From an uncultured Verrucomicrobiae bacterium (GTDB lineage: Bacteria > Verrucomicrobiota > Verrucomicrobiia > Palsa-1439), in contig CAWJFL010000018.1 in NCBI GenBank assembly GCA_963842185.1, positions 1,262-65,261 of the forward strand: 64,000 nucleotides of DNA. The letters are read 5' to 3'. Both the position numbers and the translations under genes were made by a program. A model generated the notes under the pieces. It searched no databases. It saw nothing but the letters and a program-made list of their open reading frames with translations, and had not been told where the DNA came from. Shown here piece by piece: positions 60,578 through 64,000 of the stretch. Within the stretch, counting starts at the first letter, position 1; every line of letters starts with the position of its first letter.

Positions 60578-61708
60578 TCAGGCGTTCGCCTTCGCCGCTC
60601 GCATCGGCACTACGTTATCGGCCTCAACCTTCACGGCGAGATTGATCTTACTTGCCATTTCCAAGGAGTGTTTGTCCTGGTGCGCGGCGTAGGTTCGCAG
60701 AAGAAGTGCGCCGCCATCCTTGTGCCGCAACCAGCCAGCCAGGGTGCGAATCGGAACGCCTTGCTCCATGCAACGGGTAGTGAAGTATCGGCGCATATCG
60801 TGATGCGTGAAAGTCCGGCGCAGCTTGGCCTCGCGGCATGCGGTTTTAAGTGCATCCCTGCAACGGTTGACGCGCATGATACGGTCGCCGGGTTTGATAC
60901 CCTCGATTTTTCCTGTCTGGCGCGCTTGACGGATTTTCAAGAGCAGTTCGCGCATGGCTGGGAATAGCGGCACAACGTCCCGTTCGGTTTCATCGTGGCC
61001 CTTGCCGGCGATGTAGAACATGCCCCTGTCAAAGTCCACGTCTTGCCACTTCAACCCGCAAGCCTCCGACACGCGCAGCCCCGAGTAAGCCATGAGTTCG
61101 ACGAGATCGCCAGCGTCGCGGTCACGGTGACTGCGGAGGGTGACAACCAGCCGTCGAAACTCGTCTGCCGTGGGCGGATCCGGGTTCGGGCGGGGAATCT
61201 TGTGACGCTTCAGCTTGGCCGTGGGGTCGTGCATCATCCAACCGTTATCACGGGCATAACCCAGGAGGTCACGCAGAGTGCCGATTTCGTTGTTCATACG
61301 CTGGGGGTGAAGCATGGCGGTACGACGGCTGTGCCACACCTCGACCTTCTCCCGGCTGATCGACCGTAACGGGTCCTTGGTAAAGCCGCTGTGTTTGAGC
61401 AGCGCCTTGACGCGCCATCTGTAATCAGCCAAAGCCGTCGGTCTAAGATCGCGGCCGGGAAGACAGTTGCTCTCAAACCGAGCGGCCAATTCAGCGAAAC
61501 TGCGGGGCGGTTTTTGGTTGGCCTGATCAATTCCACCATCCTGGAAACTCTTCTCCAAATCGCGCAGCTTGCGTTTGGCAATGGCATAATCGTCGGTCTT
61601 GAGGCTTTGCTTAACCTGGTGTCCGCGCACCTTGATGACGGCGTAGTAGCGACCGCTCTCTTGACTCTTGTACAGGTTTTGCGATACTCGACTCAATGTT
61701 TGACGCAT
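60578..61708 (-). CDS. Tyrosine recombinase/integrase
   Basis: SGLRVSE (R), HDMRR (HxxR), LRH..LLRTY (H, Y). Adjacent to the tRNA. Confidence 0.93.
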   Translation of the reverse strand: MRQTLSRVSQNLYKSQESGRYYAVIKVRGHQVKQSLKTDDYAIAKRKLRDLEKSFQDGGIDQANQKPPRSFAELAARFESNCLPGRDLRPTALADYRWRVKALLKHSGFTKDPLRSISREKVEVWHSRRTAMLHPQRMNNEIGTLRDLLGYARDNGWMMHDPTAKLKRHKIPRPNPDPPTADEFRRLVVTLRSHRDRDAGDLVELMAYSGLRVSEACGLKWQDVDFDRGMFYIAGKGHDETERDVVPLFPAMRELLLKIRQARQTGKIEGIKPGDRIMRVNRCRDALKTACREAKLRRTFTHHDMRRYFTTRCMEQGVPIRTLAGWLRHKDGGALLLRTYAAHQDKHSLEMASKINLAVKVEADNVVPMRAAKANA

Positions 61709-61820
61709 GGCTATTGGACTCCTGTGATGGTTGGAATATACTGGTTACAACTTCGGGTTGCAACCAGTATTTTTGGCCTTGCGTTGTACTTAGTCTTAAG
61801 TGCTTGTAGATAAGCATGTT

Positions 61821-61907
61821 GCCGCCGTGGCGGAACTGGCAGACGCGCTGGACTCAAAATCCAGTACCAGCAATGGTGTGTGGGTTCGATTCCCTCCGGC
61901 GGTACCA
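61821..61907 (+). tRNA. tRNA-Leu (CAA)
   Basis: Cloverleaf with a long variable arm, anticodon arm ctgga-ctCAAaa-tccag, GGTTCGATT and encoded CCA. Confidence 0.96.
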
Positions 61908-61951
61908 CCCTCGTAATTCACCCACGCCTCAGATTCGGAAACTTTCCGCGG

Positions 61952-62383
61952 CTAGGAACCGGGCCCGAGGTCGAGGTGCTGCGGCGGATTCGGCGGGAGC
62001 TTCCACACAATCTCACCGTGTTTGGTCGCGGTATGCATCTGATTGGCCAGATCAATCCCTTCCCGGTACGCCTTTTCAAACCCGGCAAAGTTCTTCGCGG
62101 CCACGTGCTGGTCGAGCGGGTCGAGTATCTTCTTCGTGTACTCCTCAACCATACTCTTGTATTTCGGCCGGGTCAGGTTGCCCTTTTGGAACAGACTGCG
62201 GACGCCGCGCAGTTGATAAGCCGCCAATTCCCAGTTACCACCCTTCGCCGCGTAGTAGGCGATCCAGTAACGGTCGCTCACGTCGCGCATCAACGTCCCC
62301 AACCCCGGTTGCAACTCCGCGATCTGATCCAGCGTCAGCTCGCCGTGCTTCGTCCGTCCGACAATCGGTTTCTCATTCGCCAT
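61952..62383 (-). CDS. Hypothetical four-helix-bundle protein (cytochrome c'-like, without CxxCH)
   Basis: PGLGTLM..GNWELAAYQL..LANQMH. Confidence 0.6.
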   Translation of the reverse strand: MANEKPIVGRTKHGELTLDQIAELQPGLGTLMRDVSDRYWIAYYAAKGGNWELAAYQLRGVRSLFQKGNLTRPKYKSMVEEYTKKILDPLDQHVAAKNFAGFEKAYREGIDLANQMHTATKHGEIVWKLPPNPPQHLDLGPGS

Positions 62384-62437
62384 AACCGCGACCTCCCATT
62401 CCATCCCAAGGTGACAAAACCACGCGACAAATCAATC

Positions 62438-62472
62438 CAAAACAAAACCCCGACACTTTCATGCCGGGGTTT
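62438..62472 (-). terminator. Intrinsic terminator
   Basis: aaaccccgaca/tgccggggttt stem followed by TTTTGTTTT on the minus strand. Confidence 0.65.
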
Positions 62473-62498
62473 GTCATCCGAAATGTGAACGGTAACTT

Positions 62499-62861
62499 CT
62501 ACGTCTTGTCTGTCTTCGTGCAGCTCGGATTCATGAACGGGCAGCCGCCGCCCTTCGCCGTCTTGTCGCCCATGGCTTTCCATTGCGCGAACTGATCGGG
62601 CGTCAGAATCTTCTCCAAGCCGCTCCTGAACAATTGATGGAACTCCGATGTCGAGGTCGCCTTGTGGCACTCCGTCATCAGCGTGTTTACCTTCGCCTTC
62701 TGATCGGGCGTGAGGTTCAACTTGCTAAACATGTCGCCACAGCATGCCCCACCCTTTGCGCTGCTCTTCGACATGCCTCCACAACAGCCTTCACCCGCGT
62801 ACACCGCTGCCGCGCTCATCACAACGACCGCAGCGACTACAAATGCTAAAAATCTCTTCAT
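62499..62861 (-). CDS. Secreted Cys-rich small protein with LTxxQ motifs
   Basis: Signal peptide, GCC and ACC, LNLTPDQ and ILTPDQ (Spy/CpxP-like), GCPF. Confidence 0.7.
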   Translation of the reverse strand: MKRFLAFVVAAVVVMSAAAVYAGEGCCGGMSKSSAKGGACCGDMFSKLNLTPDQKAKVNTLMTECHKATSTSEFHQLFRSGLEKILTPDQFAQWKAMGDKTAKGGGCPFMNPSCTKTDKT

Positions 62862-62928
62862 CTGCTCTCCTTTGTTTTGGTTCAGAAGCTTGGACGCAAC
62901 AATAGCATCATTCGTTCAACGAGCAATG

Positions 62929-63999
62929 CTATTTCTTGGCCAGAATCGCCGCCAATACGCGCTCCGGTGTGAACGGCGCTTTCTTCATGCGGACACCGCA
63001 GGCGTCGTAGATGGCGTTGGCGACGGCGGGCAGCGGGCCGTTGATGCCGATCTCGGCGATGCTCTTGGCGCCAAACGGGCCGGTCGGTTCGTAGGTTTCG
63101 ACAAGGATCGTGCGGATTTTCGGCGCGTCCACGGTCGTGAACAGCCGATAATCGAAAAAGCTCGGGTTGAGCATCCGGCCGCGTTCGTCGAACACCATCT
63201 GTTCGCACAACGCGTAGCTCAGGCCATTCATCGCCGCGCCTTCCATCTGGCCTTCGGCGAGTTTCGGATTGATCGCCACACCGCAATCGACCGCCGCGAC
63301 GTAATCCACCACGCGCACCTGACCCGTCTCGGTGTCGACTTCGACTTCCGCAAAGTGGGCGGCAAACGGCGGCGGTGAGACGTACGAAATGTGCGATGCT
63401 TCACCGTCGATCTGGAATTGGTTCTGGCCATACAGTGAGCGCTGGATGATATTCGGGTACGGCACTTCCTTGCCCGATTTGCTGATGACCTTGGCGTTCT
63501 CGCACCGCAGGTTTGCGACGTCGTCTTTCAGCATCTCGGCGGCAACCTTCAAAATCTTCTCCCGGCACGCTTCGGCCGCCTTCTTAACGGCCCCACCGGA
63601 GACATACGTTGTGCTCGACGCGTACGCGCCTTTGTCGAACGGTGTCATGTCCGTGTCGGACGAATACGTGAGAATTTTGTCGGTGCTAATTCCCAGGACC
63701 TGCGCCGCGATCTGCGCCAGCACCGTGTCGCTGCCCGTGCCGAGATCGGTCGCGCCCATCAACAAATTAAACGAGCCGTCCTCGTTCATCTTGATGCGCG
63801 CGGACGCCATGTCGATGCCCGCGATGCCCGAACCTTGCATCAGGCACGCCAGGCCGATGCCGCGCTTGACCTTCGCGTTCGGATCGCGCTTCTGGTACAA
63901 GCGATGTTTCTGGTTCCAGCCAATCGCCGCCGCCGCGCGGTCGATGCATTCGTCGAGTCCACAGCTCTCAATCGGGTTGTCGTGCCCTTCCTTCCCCTC
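62929..63999 (-). CDS. Xanthine dehydrogenase-family molybdopterin-binding subunit (5'-partial)
   Basis: DLGTGSDT, GAYASSTT, FAEVEVD, GQMEG, GPFGAKSIAE. The frame is open to the window edge. Confidence 0.92.
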   Translation of the reverse strand, partial: EGKEGHDNPIESCGLDECIDRAAAAIGWNQKHRLYQKRDPNAKVKRGIGLACLMQGSGIAGIDMASARIKMNEDGSFNLLMGATDLGTGSDTVLAQIAAQVLGISTDKILTYSSDTDMTPFDKGAYASSTTYVSGGAVKKAAEACREKILKVAAEMLKDDVANLRCENAKVISKSGKEVPYPNIIQRSLYGQNQFQIDGEASHISYVSPPPFAAHFAEVEVDTETGQVRVVDYVAAVDCGVAINPKLAEGQMEGAAMNGLSYALCEQMVFDERGRMLNPSFFDYRLFTTVDAPKIRTILVETYEPTGPFGAKSIAEIGINGPLPAVANAIYDACGVRMKKAPFTPERVLAAILAKK

Positions 64000-64000
64000 G

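Larger units (their letters stand above)
43509..61859. mobile_element. Integrative mobilizable element (~18.3 kb) at tRNA-Leu(CAA)
   Basis: 39-bp direct repeats, tyrosine integrase next to the tRNA, excisionase, MobF relaxase and a TA-like pair. No T4SS genes seen. Confidence 0.9.

Overview
GC-rich bacterial DNA, most likely Verrucomicrobiota. This is inferred from the PEP-CTERM proteins, a prepilin-type H-X-DG protein and a verrucomicrobial-type C-terminal sorting domain. Several single-base frameshifts in otherwise intact genes suggest read or assembly indels. The window has four parts. (1) 1-29.5 kb is mostly core genome: mscS, Gfo/Idh/MocA oxidoreductase, class V aminotransferase, dinB-like polymerase, hisDCB, a TPR-ExbB-ExbD-TonB operon, a SIR2-like fragment beside an intact IS630, uvrA, a sigma54-preceded phosphorelay, ADH and an ABC exporter. 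(2) 29.7-43.3 kb is accessory: an XRE/excisionase-like pair, many small unknown genes, a kinase plus sigma54 activator, four sigma54 promoters sharing a TGCCA-N3-TGGCA-like upstream motif, and a P3A-type H+-ATPase. (3) 43.5-61.9 kb is an ~18.3 kb integrative mobilizable element in tRNA-Leu(CAA), with tyrosine integrase, excisionase, MobF relaxase and a ParD-like/zeta-like pair. It duplicates the 5' half of the tRNA. Its cargo is the most striking feature: a NikR-linked cluster with two 28-bp NikR-type operators, a GloVer-repeat PEP-CTERM protein, a prepilin whose leader is a copy of the NikR N-terminus, a DUF3344-like secreted protein, a BtuCDF-like ABC importer and an embedded radical SAM enzyme. 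(4) 62-64 kb holds two small proteins and a partial xanthine dehydrogenase-family Mo subunit.
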